DNA of 64,000 bases from an uncultured candidate division Zixibacteria bacterium (GCA_963702205.1 OY969724.1:1824001-1888000), one strand, 5' to 3'. Shown: positions 48,011 through 59,604, counted from the first letter of the stretch. Program-made: numbers and translations. The notes: generated from the sequence alone by a model not told the origin.

Positions 48011-50269
48011 ATGCATTTCAGGATCGCCAAGCTCGCCGTACTGCCTCTTTTTTTGCTTATCGCGTCGGTTTCTCTGGCGCGCGACTCCAAGATCGACGCC
48101 ATCGTCGGACCGGAACGACAGCTCACCCCGTCGGAGTTTCACAGTATCCTCGGGCAAATAAAAGCCTATCAGCTCGACAGAAGCCGCGTGGCCCAGTCAA
48201 TCGCGGCCGCATCGGGGCAGTCCGATTTTGATCCATACTCCATCGATGCTCAATTCTATGAGGTAACGATGAGAGTCGATATTCCCGGCCAGTTGATTTA
48301 CGGCGATGTAAAGGGCGTTTACCGATCACAGGTTAACGGTTTGACGAACATAGAAATCGATCTCGATACAACGCTTACGGTCGACTCTGTTTATAATTCT
48401 TCGGGCAATATGAGTTTTACTCACGCCGATATGCGGCTGAACGTGACGCTTGATCGAGCTTATGATTCGGGCGAAGACGCCTCGATCAATGTCGTATATC
48501 ATGGACATCCGACCGAAGGCGGCTTTCAGGCGTTCAGCTTCGATACCCGCAACGACGGCACCGGGACGGTGCCGGTTGTAGCATCGCTTTCGGAACCGTA
48601 TTTTGCCCGGACCTGGTGGCCGTGCAAGGACCGCCCCGATGACAAGGCCGATTCGATGGATATTCATATCACCAACGATATAGCGTATTATTGCTCCTCT
48701 AACGGGACGTTGATCGATACGGTCAACAATGGCGACGGCACCAAAACTTTTAATTATCAGGTTCGTTATCCGATTGCCACCTACCTGTTCGCGATTTCAA
48801 TCAGCAATTATGCCGTGTGGTCGAATTATTACAAATATTCACCGACCGATTCCATGCCTATTATCAACCACGTCTATATGGATGATCTGACCCTGTCGCA
48901 TGCCAATTACGCCATAACGCCGAACGCCATTTCGATATATTCGGATCTTTTTGGTCAGTACCCTTTCCTGAATGAAAAGTACGGCCATACCAATTTCCAA
49001 TGGGGCGGCGGCATGGAACACCAGACCAACACGTCCATGACCGGGACCTGGTTCGGATTTTATGAACCGACCATCGTCCATGAACTGGGCCATCAGTGGT
49101 GGGGCGACATGATCACGTGCGAGTCGTGGCATGACATATGGCTGAACGAAGGATTCGCCTCTTACTGCGAAGCTCTTTACTATGAAGCAAAGGACGGCGA
49201 GGCGGCTTATCATGATTACATGGCCGGGATGAACTATAGCGGATCGAGAACGATATACGTTTATGATACGACCAACACCAATTCTATTTTTGACGTTGTC
49301 GTATATGACAAAGGCGCCTGGCTGCTGCACATGCTCAGGCACGTGGTCGGCGACGCCACATTTTTCGACATCCTGCATACCTATTACAACAGCTCGGCGC
49401 AGTACGGATCGGCCAGCACCGACTATTTCATCAATATCTGCGAAAGCGTCTCCGGCAAAGATTTAACGCCGTTTTTCGACGACTGGCTGTACGGGCGCTA
49501 TCGTCCCAACTATTTGTACGAAAGATTCAGCGAGTTCGACGCCGACTCATCCAAGTGGGTAACCTACCTGAAATTACGCCAGGCTCAGTCGGTCGACCCG
49601 CTCGTGTTCAATATGCCGATTGATTTCGTGTTCACTTATGCGGTTGGCGCCGACACGATTGTCATCGACAACGACACCCGGGACACGATTTATACCGTCT
49701 ATACCGACGACCAACCCGTCACGATTGCGCTCGATCCGGACAATTGGATTCTCAAATTCGCGGCGGAAAACTCGTGGAAAATTCATTTTCTCCCGGGTGT
49801 CGTCGACACCGGGCAGGTTTATGAAGCGTATGATTACCAATTCGTGGCCAAAGGCGGCAGTGGGCAGTTCAAATTCCTGATTACGACAGGTGTGCTTCCG
49901 ACCGGCCTGTCCCTGGATTCACTAACCGGTGAGATAACCGGTTTTCCGGAACAGAGCGGAGATTTCACGTTCAGTGTCAAGGTCCAGGATTACTTCAATG
50001 CGGCCTCGAATGAAACCAGGGAATTTACGGTAAGTGTCAACCCGCCGCCGTTTGCGCCGGGCGATTTTAATCAGGACGGAGATATAAATCTACTCGACGT
50101 CCTTAAAATGATTTCATTCATCTACGAATCAGGCGCAGCTCCGCCCGATCCGAATCTGGGCGACGTCGACCATTCCTGCAACATCGACCTTATCGATATT
50201 TTGTACGTAATAGATTTTGTTTATAATGGCGGGCCGGCACCCCTGATGGGCTGCGTCGTGCCCTGGTAA
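48011..50269 (+). CDS. Secreted M1 family aminopeptidase with Ig and dockerin-like domains
   Basis: GGMEH, HELGHQWWG, WLNEGFA, YDKG; LPTGLSLD Ig domain; GDFNQDGDINLLD. Confidence 0.93.
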   Translation: MHFRIAKLAVLPLFLLIASVSLARDSKIDAIVGPERQLTPSEFHSILGQIKAYQLDRSRVAQSIAAASGQSDFDPYSIDAQFYEVTMRVDIPGQLIYGDVKGVYRSQVNGLTNIEIDLDTTLTVDSVYNSSGNMSFTHADMRLNVTLDRAYDSGEDASINVVYHGHPTEGGFQAFSFDTRNDGTGTVPVVASLSEPYFARTWWPCKDRPDDKADSMDIHITNDIAYYCSSNGTLIDTVNNGDGTKTFNYQVRYPIATYLFAISISNYAVWSNYYKYSPTDSMPIINHVYMDDLTLSHANYAITPNAISIYSDLFGQYPFLNEKYGHTNFQWGGGMEHQTNTSMTGTWFGFYEPTIVHELGHQWWGDMITCESWHDIWLNEGFASYCEALYYEAKDGEAAYHDYMAGMNYSGSRTIYVYDTTNTNSIFDVVVYDKGAWLLHMLRHVVGDATFFDILHTYYNSSAQYGSASTDYFINICESVSGKDLTPFFDDWLYGRYRPNYLYERFSEFDADSSKWVTYLKLRQAQSVDPLVFNMPIDFVFTYAVGADTIVIDNDTRDTIYTVYTDDQPVTIALDPDNWILKFAAENSWKIHFLPGVVDTGQVYEAYDYQFVAKGGSGQFKFLITTGVLPTGLSLDSLTGEITGFPEQSGDFTFSVKVQDYFNAASNETREFTVSVNPPPFAPGDFNQDGDINLLDVLKMISFIYESGAAPPDPNLGDVDHSCNIDLIDILYVIDFVYNGGPAPLMGCVVPW

Positions 50270-50287
50270 AATCTCTCGGACTGCTTC

Positions 50288-50320
50288 AAAAAAGCCCCGG
50301 TTTAAGCCGGGGCTTTTTTT
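50288..50320 (+). terminator. Intrinsic terminator
   Basis: AAAAAAGCCCCGG-TTTAAG-CCGGGGCTTTTTTT. Confidence 0.88.
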
Positions 50321-50449
50321 ATAGGGTAATCATAAGCGCCGCGCCGTATAAACTATTTGACCTGAGCGGGCAATTAACTGATATTTGGCCGATGCCGGGA
50401 AGAAATCGCCGCGATTACCCGCCGGGCAAACATTGATGAGCTAAAATAT

Positions 50450-51749
50450 ATGAATTCGGGAACTTATAAAATAATCACCTTTGGATGCCAGATGAATCTG
50501 GCCGACTCGGGTATCTTGGCATCGTTGCTAAACGCCCGGGGATACCGGCCGGTTGAAACCGAGGCCGAAGCCGATTTATTGATCCTCAATACCTGTTCGG
50601 TGCGCGAACGCGCCGAAGAGCGAGTTTTTGGCCGTCTGTCCGAACTGAGCGCCTTCAAGCGGCAAAACGGTGTCAGGCTGGCGGTGGTCGGGTGCATGGC
50701 CCAACGGCTGGGACCAAAAATCCTCGAGCGGGCTCCCTATGTCGATTTTGTTCTGGGGACCGACCGGTTGTACGATCTGCCGAATTTTGTCGCACAGAAA
50801 AACGGCGCACCAAAGGTGAACGTCGATTTCGGTTACGAAGACGTCGGCGACGTCATGCCCCGCCGCGATACAACGTACAGCGCCTTCGTAACCATCTCAC
50901 GCGGCTGCGACAACTATTGCAGCTATTGTATAGTACCCGTACGTTCGCGGACACGAGCGCTCGTACCCTCTGACTCAGATCATCAGCCAGGTCAGGCAAC
51001 TGGTCGACGATGGCGTGCTGGAAGTTACGCTGCTCGGCCAGAATGTCAATTCATACGCCGCCGACACCAATGATTTTTCCGACCTCCTGGAGGCCGTGGC
51101 CAAAGAGACCGATGTCCGGCGCCTTCGCTTTATGACCTCGCATCCCAGGGATTTATCGGATAAACTGATAGACACTATGGCCGGTGAGGCGAAGGTCATG
51201 AAGCATCTTCACCTGCCGCTGCAGGCGGGGTCGAATGATATCCTAAACAAAATGGGGCGGGTGTATACTATAGAGCACTATCAAAAGCTTGTAGACAAAT
51301 TAAGAAAAGCCGTGCCGGATATTTCTCTGACAACCGATTTGATTGTCGGCTTCCCCGGTGAGACCGAAGCCGATTATCAAAAGACTCTTGATGCCGTGAA
51401 TACGATTAAATTCGATTCGGCCTTTATGTTTCGGTATTCGGTCCGCGAGGGTACGGCTGCGGCCAGGCTGATTGATGACGTCCCCGAGCCGGAGAAGATT
51501 CGACGGTTGACCGAGCTTATCAAAATCCAGAAAGACGTCTCGCTCGAAAGAAACCGATCCGAAGTCGGGCTGGTGCGTTCGGTCCTGGTCGACGGTTTTT
51601 CGCGCCGCAGCCGGGAATTTTTGAAAGGCAAAACCGAGGGAAATAAAACGTTGCTTTTTAAGGCTCCGCCTGTGTACATTGGTCGAATAGAAAAAGTCAG
51701 AATTACTGCCGCCGATAGCTGGACTCTTCACGGGGAGTTGGTTGGGTAA
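50450..51749 (+). CDS. miaB: tRNA methylthiotransferase MiaB, split by a +1 frameshift at ~50936-50938
   Basis: TFGCQMN, NTCSVR, GCMAQ, GCDNYCSYC; removing one C restores CIVPYVRGHERS and joins LLGQNVNSY, IVGFPGET and the TRAM domain. Confidence 0.92.
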
Positions 51750-51752
51750 CAA

Positions 51753-54669
51753 ATGCTGAATCTAACACTGGCTGTCATTTATATTTTGATTGCCGTCGGT
51801 CTTGCCGTCTTTTTATTGCTACGCCTGAATATATACGGTACTCGCGAGGCCGGGGGCCGGGGATTGATTTACGGCGGCCTGATCCTGATCGTTGCGGCAG
51901 CGATAGTGCATCTTTTACAGGCGTTGCCGTCCTATCCGACATGGTTTCTCGACGGAGTCTATCCGGCGGTGCAGGTCGTCAAGGCGGTATTGTCAATTTC
52001 GGGGCTGATTCTTACGGTAATCGGATTGATATTCTTTTATAATTATTGGGGCGAGCGGGACGTTGAAGTCGTCAATCATCTCGAAAAACTGAAACTGCTC
52101 GATACTCTTCAGCAGGAAAGCCATTTTCCATACCCGATGATCGAACTGCTCGACCGTATTTTGAAAGGCCTGTTAAACGGCCTCGGAGAACAGGCCGGAG
52201 CCATTTTCCTGTACAATCAAAAGAAGCGGACGTTCGTGCTGGCGACGTCGGCCGGTCTGAAAAAAGAAGAAATATCTTTGCTCGAGTACCTATCCCTACG
52301 GCCATAACATTGTCAGTCAGGCGATCGAGGACGAAAAGCCGATGATTACGTCGGACTTCCGTTCGCTTGGGGGGAAAGCCCAGTTGGCGGCGTCGAACTT
52401 CCGGTCGATTCTGGTCGTGCCGTTGAAATCGGGAAGATCCGCGCAGGGAGCGATGCTGTTCTTCTCGACCGAAGAAAAACGCTATGGCCGTGAGTACATC
52501 TCGACCGTATTGCCGATTGCCGAATGGCTGGTCGAGAAAATCGAAGTTTCCCGGCTAACCCAGGAGCTCAAAAAAGCCCAGAACGAAATCGAAGCCAAAG
52601 GACGTGTCTGGGAGGAATCCGGCCGCCGCCTGAGCGCTTTGTTGTCCACCCACGACGAAAAACTTACGGTCGATACGTTTGCCCGGCGCTGTCTGGGTAT
52701 GGCCGGATCGGATGAGGTCTGGCTTCTGGGTATGGCCGACGGCAAACTGGAAATTTACGGCGGCACCGGCAACAAACCCGATTTCTCGGAGAACTTCAAA
52801 TCCGCGATTATCAACGCCATCGGCAACGGCCGGGCCGTGATACTCAATCAGGAAGGCACCGACGATAGCGGCCAGGGTTTCATCGCACGAGCGTCGATAT
52901 TCATGCCGATCAATAAATCCCGCAATGCCATTCTTATGCGCAACAACAGCGGGCCGATCCGGTTGACCGAAGACGAACTGCATCTTCTGGAGACAGTGGC
53001 GGCGCTGGCGGCCGTTGTGCTGGGTCGAGAGACGGCGGTTGGGCTGGGCGATTCGCGCAGTCGCGGCTTCGAGATTATATCCCAGGTCCTGCGCATGACG
53101 TTTTCGGTCACGGCTCCTCAAAAGCCACTTATAGAACTGACAAAACATATTGAGAGCCTTCTGCCCATTGAAAGCCTTTTACTATTATATGAACGGCGCG
53201 CCGACCGTCTTGGTATTGCCCGGACCAATATCGAAAGCGAGGCAGCGGGGGAAATATCGCTGGCGCTTGGCGAAGGTTCAACCGGCCGCGCGGCGGCGCT
53301 GCGACGAATTGAATCATCGTTCGGCTCCGAAAAGGTCGGGCGCGAACTGCTGGAATTCGACGACGAAAACCGGGGGAGACTGCTGTCTCTGGCCGGTGAG
53401 CGAGGGACGCCGGTATTTATGGCTGACTATCCCATAATGATCGGCGATACGGCGGGGTACATACTGTCGATCCTATCATTCAGCGGATCATCGGCCTCGC
53501 ATACCGAACTGCACCGCCTGCTGTCGGTCATTATCGGACTGGCCAACCTGAAATTGGAAATTTCATCGGCCGGTCATACATTGCAGAAAACTCTGCCCGA
53601 GAAAGCTTCTGGTGCACTCAGTGCCTCGGTCATTAACGAGATCAATAACGATCTCCTGGCAATTTCTGGTCATTGTCAACTGGCGCTTCGGGAGCCGAAT
53701 ATCGACGGCGCTCTCCTGCAGTCGCTGACAAAAATCGAGAAGACCTCTCAGGCGATGGCCGATCGGCTCAAAAGCGCCATAACAAAGACCGCGCTCGATA
53801 AAACGGTCACTTTGAAACCTCTCGATATCAACGGAGAAATAAAGAAGATTCTCGATAAGTCCATTATATCGGGCGATCTGTATATGATCGATACCCGGCC
53901 GTACGAAATGAACTTCCTGCCGGGAGACATTCCGGCTCTGGCCGCCGATACGCATGTGTTTTCGAACTTCATGCGGGCGGCGCTGAAAGCGTTCGCGCGG
54001 GGTGTCGGCGGTGAAGAAGTCATCACCGTAAGTACATACAAAAGCATGGGGCATATTTATATCGACGTTTCCAAACACCGCAAGAATTTCCCGCCGGTAG
54101 AAGCGGTATCAGGTTTTGGAAGATATCGGACTCTGGACGCCGCCGAATCGACGCTGCCCGATCAGGCGTTGAGCGAATTTTTGTCTTTTCAGAACGGGGC
54201 TTTGGCGCGGGATCGGTTTTCCGAAACACCGTCATACTTTTCTTTCCGCCTGCCGTTCGAACCGACGGCCGGGAGAATGGCCGGAAGAACGCCTCGGCAC
54301 GAAAAGCTGACCGTCCTTGCCGTAGACGATCAGGCCATAATTCTCGATTTGCTCGCGGCCATGTGCCAGTCGCTGGGGCATGAAATTGTGGTTTCAAACG
54401 ACAGCGAGGACGGCCTGCACTTGCTTAAGAAACATCGTCCCGACCTCGTTATTATAGATATGGCGATGCCGGGGATGTCCGGGCTGGAGTTGTCCGCGCG
54501 GCTTAAAGCCGTTTCGCCCGATACGCCGGTCATTATGATAACCGGCTGGGGGGTCCAGATCGAACCGGACCGTCTCGGCCGCGCCGGGGTCGACCACCTT
54601 CTCCACAAGCCGTTTCGGCTCGAACAGTTGTCCGAAATCATAGATAATTTACCAATTTCACGGGTATAA
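51753..54669 (+). CDS. Membrane-anchored GAF / degenerate kinase / receiver hybrid, split by a +1 frameshift at ~52290
   Basis: Three TMs then GAF-like sequence; removing one C gives LLEYYPYGHNIVSQAIEDEKPMITSDF; C-terminal receiver AVDDQ..IIDMAMPGMSG..ITG..KPF. Confidence 0.8.
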
Positions 54670-54718
54670 GCCGGAATCGGTTCAATTTACGGGATAATCC
54701 GCCGATAACTGGACTATC

Positions 54719-56020
54719 ATGGTGAAAACGGCGCTGAAATCATCCCCTGACGTGCGCTCCGAAATCGCCGAAAACAGCGATCTCCTGGCGCTTCCCGAAT
54801 CGGTCATTCAGGTTCTTGAATCCGTCAGTAAAGACGATGTTAGTTTCGACAGCCTGGCCGACATTATCGGTCACGATCCGGCTTTGACCGGGCGTCTGCT
54901 TAAAATCGCCAATTCGCCGTTTTACGGGTTGAACCACAGGGTCCATTCCATAAATCAGGCGGTGATGGTCCTCGGTATCACGACCGTCAAATGCCTGGCG
55001 CTCTCGGCGGCAATTTTCAGCCCCGATAAAATCCCCGACAAATGCGACCTTGATATAAATTCACTTTATGGCAATTTTATTTCCATAGCCACGACCGGCC
55101 GCAAAGTGGCCGAAGCCTGCGAAATAGAGGCCCCCGAGGATGCTTTCACCTGTGGCCTTCTTCTGGATATCGGGCTCCTCTATTTCATAAACCACTATCC
55201 CGAAAAATACAATGCCGTCCTTCAGGATGCCAGAAAAACGGGCCGTCTGATCGAACAGGAAATGCGGCATTTCGGTATCTCCCACGCGGAGGTCGGCGGC
55301 CTGATTGCCTCCAAATGGTGCCTGCCGGAACATATCGCCGATGCCATCACACACCACCACGATGACTCTCCGGCCAAACCTAAAAAGCTGGGTGACATAG
55401 TGCGGCTGGCGGTTGTTCTGAACCGGGATATCCTTCTCGAAGACGACGCCGCTCTTGAAGATAAAATAAATCTGCTCGGGGTGACTTCCGAACGACTGGG
55501 CCTGTCCTCGTTGCAGCTGACCGATATTGCGGCGGCGACGGTTAAGGACTCCATGGCTTTCGCGCAGGCGATCGACGTCGAAATCGACGATTATGAAACC
55601 ATCCTGACCCGCGCCAACAAAGAAATTTTCAATACCTATTTGTCTCTGCAAACGCTGTTTCAGGAACGGCAGGACCTAAACGCCAGGATTCTCAAGGAAG
55701 AACGGACGAAGGGTATACTCGAAGCCAAACGCATCGCCACCTCGACCCTGTCGCATTATATAAACAATGCCGCTATGGAAATATCGGGCCATTCACAACT
55801 GATCCGGCTGGCTCTTGGCAAAAAGAGCGGAGACGAACTGAAAGGCATGATGCCGAGGGAACTCGATATTGTCGACGGAGCCGTCAAGAAAATCGTGGCC
55901 GTCCTCGAGGAAATCTCCGAGCTTAATATGCTCGATGAAATGGAATTTTTCGAGAAATCAAAAATTCTCAATATCGACAACAAGATCAAAGAACGCATCG
56001 CCGAACTCAATCAGTGCTGA
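54719..56020 (+). CDS. HDOD domain protein with C-terminal HisKA-like helices
   Basis: DPALTGRLLKIANSPFY, GLLLDIG, SHAEVG..W.LP; tail TLSHYINNA. Confidence 0.88.
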   Translation: MVKTALKSSPDVRSEIAENSDLLALPESVIQVLESVSKDDVSFDSLADIIGHDPALTGRLLKIANSPFYGLNHRVHSINQAVMVLGITTVKCLALSAAIFSPDKIPDKCDLDINSLYGNFISIATTGRKVAEACEIEAPEDAFTCGLLLDIGLLYFINHYPEKYNAVLQDARKTGRLIEQEMRHFGISHAEVGGLIASKWCLPEHIADAITHHHDDSPAKPKKLGDIVRLAVVLNRDILLEDDAALEDKINLLGVTSERLGLSSLQLTDIAAATVKDSMAFAQAIDVEIDDYETILTRANKEIFNTYLSLQTLFQERQDLNARILKEERTKGILEAKRIATSTLSHYINNAAMEISGHSQLIRLALGKKSGDELKGMMPRELDIVDGAVKKIVAVLEEISELNMLDEMEFFEKSKILNIDNKIKERIAELNQC

Positions 56021-56137
56021 TCGCCGCTGGGCTTTATCAAAATTCCTACTCCCAATTTATATTGAATTGAGCCGTCCGTCTTCTTATTTTGTTTAACCAC
56101 AAAAGAATAAAACGTCTTCTTGAATATTGGAGTGAAT

Positions 56138-57652
56138 ATGAAGTGTACTACAATCATCGGAGCGATTGAAAACTGCCGGGCGGACTGCCTTGTGCTTTTT
56201 TGCAATGAGGTCGCCTTCGATAAAAATCCGTCTTTAAAGCGCTGGAACAACATCTTCGGCGGCGAGATAAAGGAATTGTTCGATTCCGGCGAGTTCAGTG
56301 GACGTCTCAATGAATCGACGGTCGTTCATTGCGCGCAAAACGAAAATATTCGAAGATTGATTCTGGTCGGACTCGGCAAACCGGTCGGTATATTTCATGA
56401 CAGCTATCGTCAGGCGGCGGGCACAGTTTCCAAGCTCGCGGCTGCCAGGAAATCGAGGAACCTGGCCGTCTGCCTGGAGAGTGCGGCGCAGGCCGAGTTC
56501 GTGCAAGCAATAGTCGAAGGTATCATGCTGGGCGGATTTGTTATAAATGATTATAAGACCGGCGACGTCGATTACTCGTTCCCTGAAGAAATCGTATTTT
56601 TCTGCAATACGAAGGCCGTAGCCAACAAGGCCGCCCGGCTGGCCGAATGGGGGAGAATTATATCCGAACAGGCTATTTTCACCCGCCGTCTGGCCGCGAC
56701 GCCGTCCAACGATCTGACTCCCCGCAAATTCGTCGCGATCGTCCAGAAAGAGGCCAAAAAATACGGCCTTTCCTCTCGGGCGCTCGATGAAAAACAAATC
56801 GTAGGAGAGAGAATGCTCGCCTTCAACTCCGTCGCGCGGGGCTCGGCCGAGCCGCCTCGATTGTTGATTCTGGAATATAACGGTGCCGCAAAAAATAACC
56901 GCCCGATAGTACTGCTCGGCAAGGGCATCACATTCGATGCGGGCGGCATATCGCTCAAACCGGCCTTAGACATGCACCACATGAAATCGGATATGTCCGG
57001 CGGCGCCGCTGTCGCGGGGGCCGTCATTGCCGCCGCCCGGCTTGGTCTCAAGCAGAATATCGTCGGATTGGTCCCCCTGGCCGAGAACCTACCGTCGGGC
57101 ACCGCCACGCGTCCGGGGGATATCGTCAAATCCCGCAAGGGGAAGACTATCGAGATTATTAATACCGATGCCGAGGGGCGTCTGATTTTGGCCGACGGCC
57201 TCGATTACGCCAATGAATTCAAGCCGCAGGCGGTCATTGATATTTGTACCCTGACCGGTGGTGCAATGTATGTCCTCGGGTACGGTGGAGCGCTTCTTAT
57301 GGGCAACAATGATAAACTCAAAGCTTCAGTCAAGAATGCTTCCGACGCCACTGCCGAAAGGACCTGGGAGCTGCCCTTGTGGGAGGAGTACGGCAACTGG
57401 ATGAAATCTGACATTGCCGATCTTAAGAATTCCGGCGGCAAGCACGGGACGTCGATTACGGCGGCGGCGTTCCTTCAGGAATTTACCGGCGACTGGCCCT
57501 GGGCGCATATTGATATCGCTTCGGTCGATTATATGCCGCCGCTTGAACCCGGCAAGTTTTCGAGGTCCTATATTCCGAGCAAGACCTATACGGGATTCGG
57601 CATGAGATTACTGGTGGAAATGTTATCGAACTGGAAGAAGGTCGGGCGATAG
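56138..57652 (+). CDS. pepA: Leucyl aminopeptidase (M17)
   Basis: GKGITFDAGG, MKSDMSG, NTDAEGRLILAD, HIDIA. Confidence 0.95.
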   Translation: MKCTTIIGAIENCRADCLVLFCNEVAFDKNPSLKRWNNIFGGEIKELFDSGEFSGRLNESTVVHCAQNENIRRLILVGLGKPVGIFHDSYRQAAGTVSKLAAARKSRNLAVCLESAAQAEFVQAIVEGIMLGGFVINDYKTGDVDYSFPEEIVFFCNTKAVANKAARLAEWGRIISEQAIFTRRLAATPSNDLTPRKFVAIVQKEAKKYGLSSRALDEKQIVGERMLAFNSVARGSAEPPRLLILEYNGAAKNNRPIVLLGKGITFDAGGISLKPALDMHHMKSDMSGGAAVAGAVIAAARLGLKQNIVGLVPLAENLPSGTATRPGDIVKSRKGKTIEIINTDAEGRLILADGLDYANEFKPQAVIDICTLTGGAMYVLGYGGALLMGNNDKLKASVKNASDATAERTWELPLWEEYGNWMKSDIADLKNSGGKHGTSITAAAFLQEFTGDWPWAHIDIASVDYMPPLEPGKFSRSYIPSKTYTGFGMRLLVEMLSNWKKVGR

Positions 57653-57656
57653 TCAT

Positions 57657-57687
57657 AAAAAAAGCCCCGAATCTTCGGGGCTTTTTT
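57657..57687. terminator. Bidirectional terminator between convergent genes
   Basis: AAAAAAAGCCCCGAA-TC-TTCGGGGCTTTTTT. Confidence 0.9.
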
Positions 57688-57692
57688 ATTGC

Positions 57693-58697
57693 TTATTTAG
57701 ACCAGGCCGGGGCGCTGTTCAATCCCGGTCCCACAATCTGTTTCAATCCGTTTCCGGTTATATCGATAATCCAAATTGAACCGTCGCCGGTGGCGAAAGT
57801 AATCCATTTGGAGTCCGGCGACCATGACAAAGGATAGGTCTGCAGGACTTGTCCCATAGACGGCTTATAGACGACATATTTTGCCGACAGGTCCCGATTA
57901 GTAATATACATCGCCTGCTTGTTCATATCCTTGGTAACATAGGCGATCCACTTGCCGTCCGGTGACCAGGCCGGACCGGTTGCTCCCGAGAGGACTTTGC
58001 ATTTGCTTAGCAGGATTTCTTTGGTCAGGCCTTTAAGGCTCAACGGACAGATGGCCATACCGACCTGATTGACACCCTTGTACACCACGCTGGCATAAAG
58101 GCTGTCCGGACTGAGGGTCGGCATTATCTCCATATATTCCGGGTCCTGCCAGTCGTTCTTCAGGATTTTGAATGACCCGCCTTCACCGTCCATAACGCAG
58201 GTTTGATAGTTGGGCATCTGCGCGTTGACCTTGTTGGCGTTGACGTCTTTGGTGAAAATAATCCGGCCGTCGCGCTGCCATTCAGGATAGGTGCCACCAA
58301 GTTCGTCGGTAATGCGCCGCCACCAGTTGGTGTTGACATCGGCGGAATCGACATACCCGAGGAAAATATCGTAAACCTTGTGCATGCCGCCGAGATAGTC
58401 GGGGCCTTTCAGATCGACCGAACCTTTGCGGACAAAGGCGATTTCTTTGCCGTCGGGCGACCACGATATCTTGCCGTCGACATTACCGGCCGTAACGACT
58501 TTTTTCTGATTGCTGCCGTCCCAGTTCATCATCCAGAGATCGTCGCTTTTAATAAACGCGATCTTGCCTGACGGGACGCCTATTTTTCCGGCCTTGTCGG
58601 CCGGCAGCTTCATTTCCTGGCCAAAGGCGGCCACTGCCGGAATTGCCAGTAAGAGGGCCAGAAGCATTGAATTTTGCAGTAATTTTCTCAAGGTCAT
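57693..58697 (-). CDS. TolB-like PD40 beta-propeller exported protein
   Basis: Signal peptide; repeated WSPDGKEIAF/WSPDGKWIAY/WSPDSKWITF. Confidence 0.85.
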   Translation of the reverse strand: MTLRKLLQNSMLLALLLAIPAVAAFGQEMKLPADKAGKIGVPSGKIAFIKSDDLWMMNWDGSNQKKVVTAGNVDGKISWSPDGKEIAFVRKGSVDLKGPDYLGGMHKVYDIFLGYVDSADVNTNWWRRITDELGGTYPEWQRDGRIIFTKDVNANKVNAQMPNYQTCVMDGEGGSFKILKNDWQDPEYMEIMPTLSPDSLYASVVYKGVNQVGMAICPLSLKGLTKEILLSKCKVLSGATGPAWSPDGKWIAYVTKDMNKQAMYITNRDLSAKYVVYKPSMGQVLQTYPLSWSPDSKWITFATGDGSIWIIDITGNGLKQIVGPGLNSAPAWSK

Positions 58698-58773
58698 ATC
58701 CTGTCGGTTATAAATTTTAAATCTTCAATTTCTTGCCAAAATATGGCCTATACTGCGTCTGTCAATGCTTAAA

Positions 58774-59604
58774 TTACCATGAAAAATAGCGCTTTAATTC
58801 GACTGTCCCGCGGAAGCCCGAAAAATCGAGTCCCAGGTTTTGTCCATCGCTGGTATAGGCCAATTCAAGGTCACCACTCTGACTATTGTACGAGGTAATA
58901 TCCTTGAAGTTCAGATAAAAGTATCTGATGTCACCGGCCATTACCAGGCCCAGAACCGGGGCGGGATATTCCAGCCCGCCGGCAAACCAGAACCCGGGAG
59001 CGTTGGATTTAAGCGGTTCCGAGTCGGACTCGCCCGATTGCCAGACATTCCAGCGTGTCATATACAAACCGGCACCGGCACCGAATTTGACGGCTATGCT
59101 ATTGAGAGTGCCACTTTTATCGGGGCCATTGAGGACATAATAGTCCAGCCCGACATTGAAGCCATAAACGTCCACTTTGGAGCTGGCAATGAAATTGTCG
59201 TTGTATTCAAGGACGCCGACAGTAAGATTCGTATTCATGTCGGCCGGGGTTTTCATCGGAGTCCAGTAATCGAAGCCGATTTTGAAAGCCATGGCGTTCG
59301 AAACCATCATCCCCACTTGCAGTCCGATTTCATCCGAACGGAAAATTCCACCGTGCGGATTGAACGCGCCGTCGAGAGAGGCCAAGTCGGAACTCGATGA
59401 AAAAGTGAACGGGTTGTAACCGATATCATCGGAAAGCTTCCCGTATGAAAAATGGCCGGAAATAAAGCCAATTTTGTCCTGATGCTTCTTTTCGACCTTC
59501 TGGAGATACTTGGCGACGATCTCGTCCTCGGTTTGGGCGAGACAGGTAGCCGTCAGGCCGAAGGCGATTATCAGGGATACCAGAATGGCGGTTTTCTTGA
59601 ACAT
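58774..59604 (-). CDS. Putative outer-membrane beta-barrel protein
   Basis: Signal peptide, amphipathic beta-strand pattern, aromatic C-terminus (RYFSW); AAGGAGG RBS. Confidence 0.65.
   Translation of the reverse strand: MFKKTAILVSLIIAFGLTATCLAQTEDEIVAKYLQKVEKKHQDKIGFISGHFSYGKLSDDIGYNPFTFSSSSDLASLDGAFNPHGGIFRSDEIGLQVGMMVSNAMAFKIGFDYWTPMKTPADMNTNLTVGVLEYNDNFIASSKVDVYGFNVGLDYYVLNGPDKSGTLNSIAVKFGAGAGLYMTRWNVWQSGESDSEPLKSNAPGFWFAGGLEYPAPVLGLVMAGDIRYFYLNFKDITSYNSQSGDLELAYTSDGQNLGLDFSGFRGTVELKRYFSW

Noticed and set aside
50930..50945. Programmed ribosomal frameshift in miaB
   Set aside because: No slippery heptamer or stimulatory structure is visible, and I know of no precedent in miaB.
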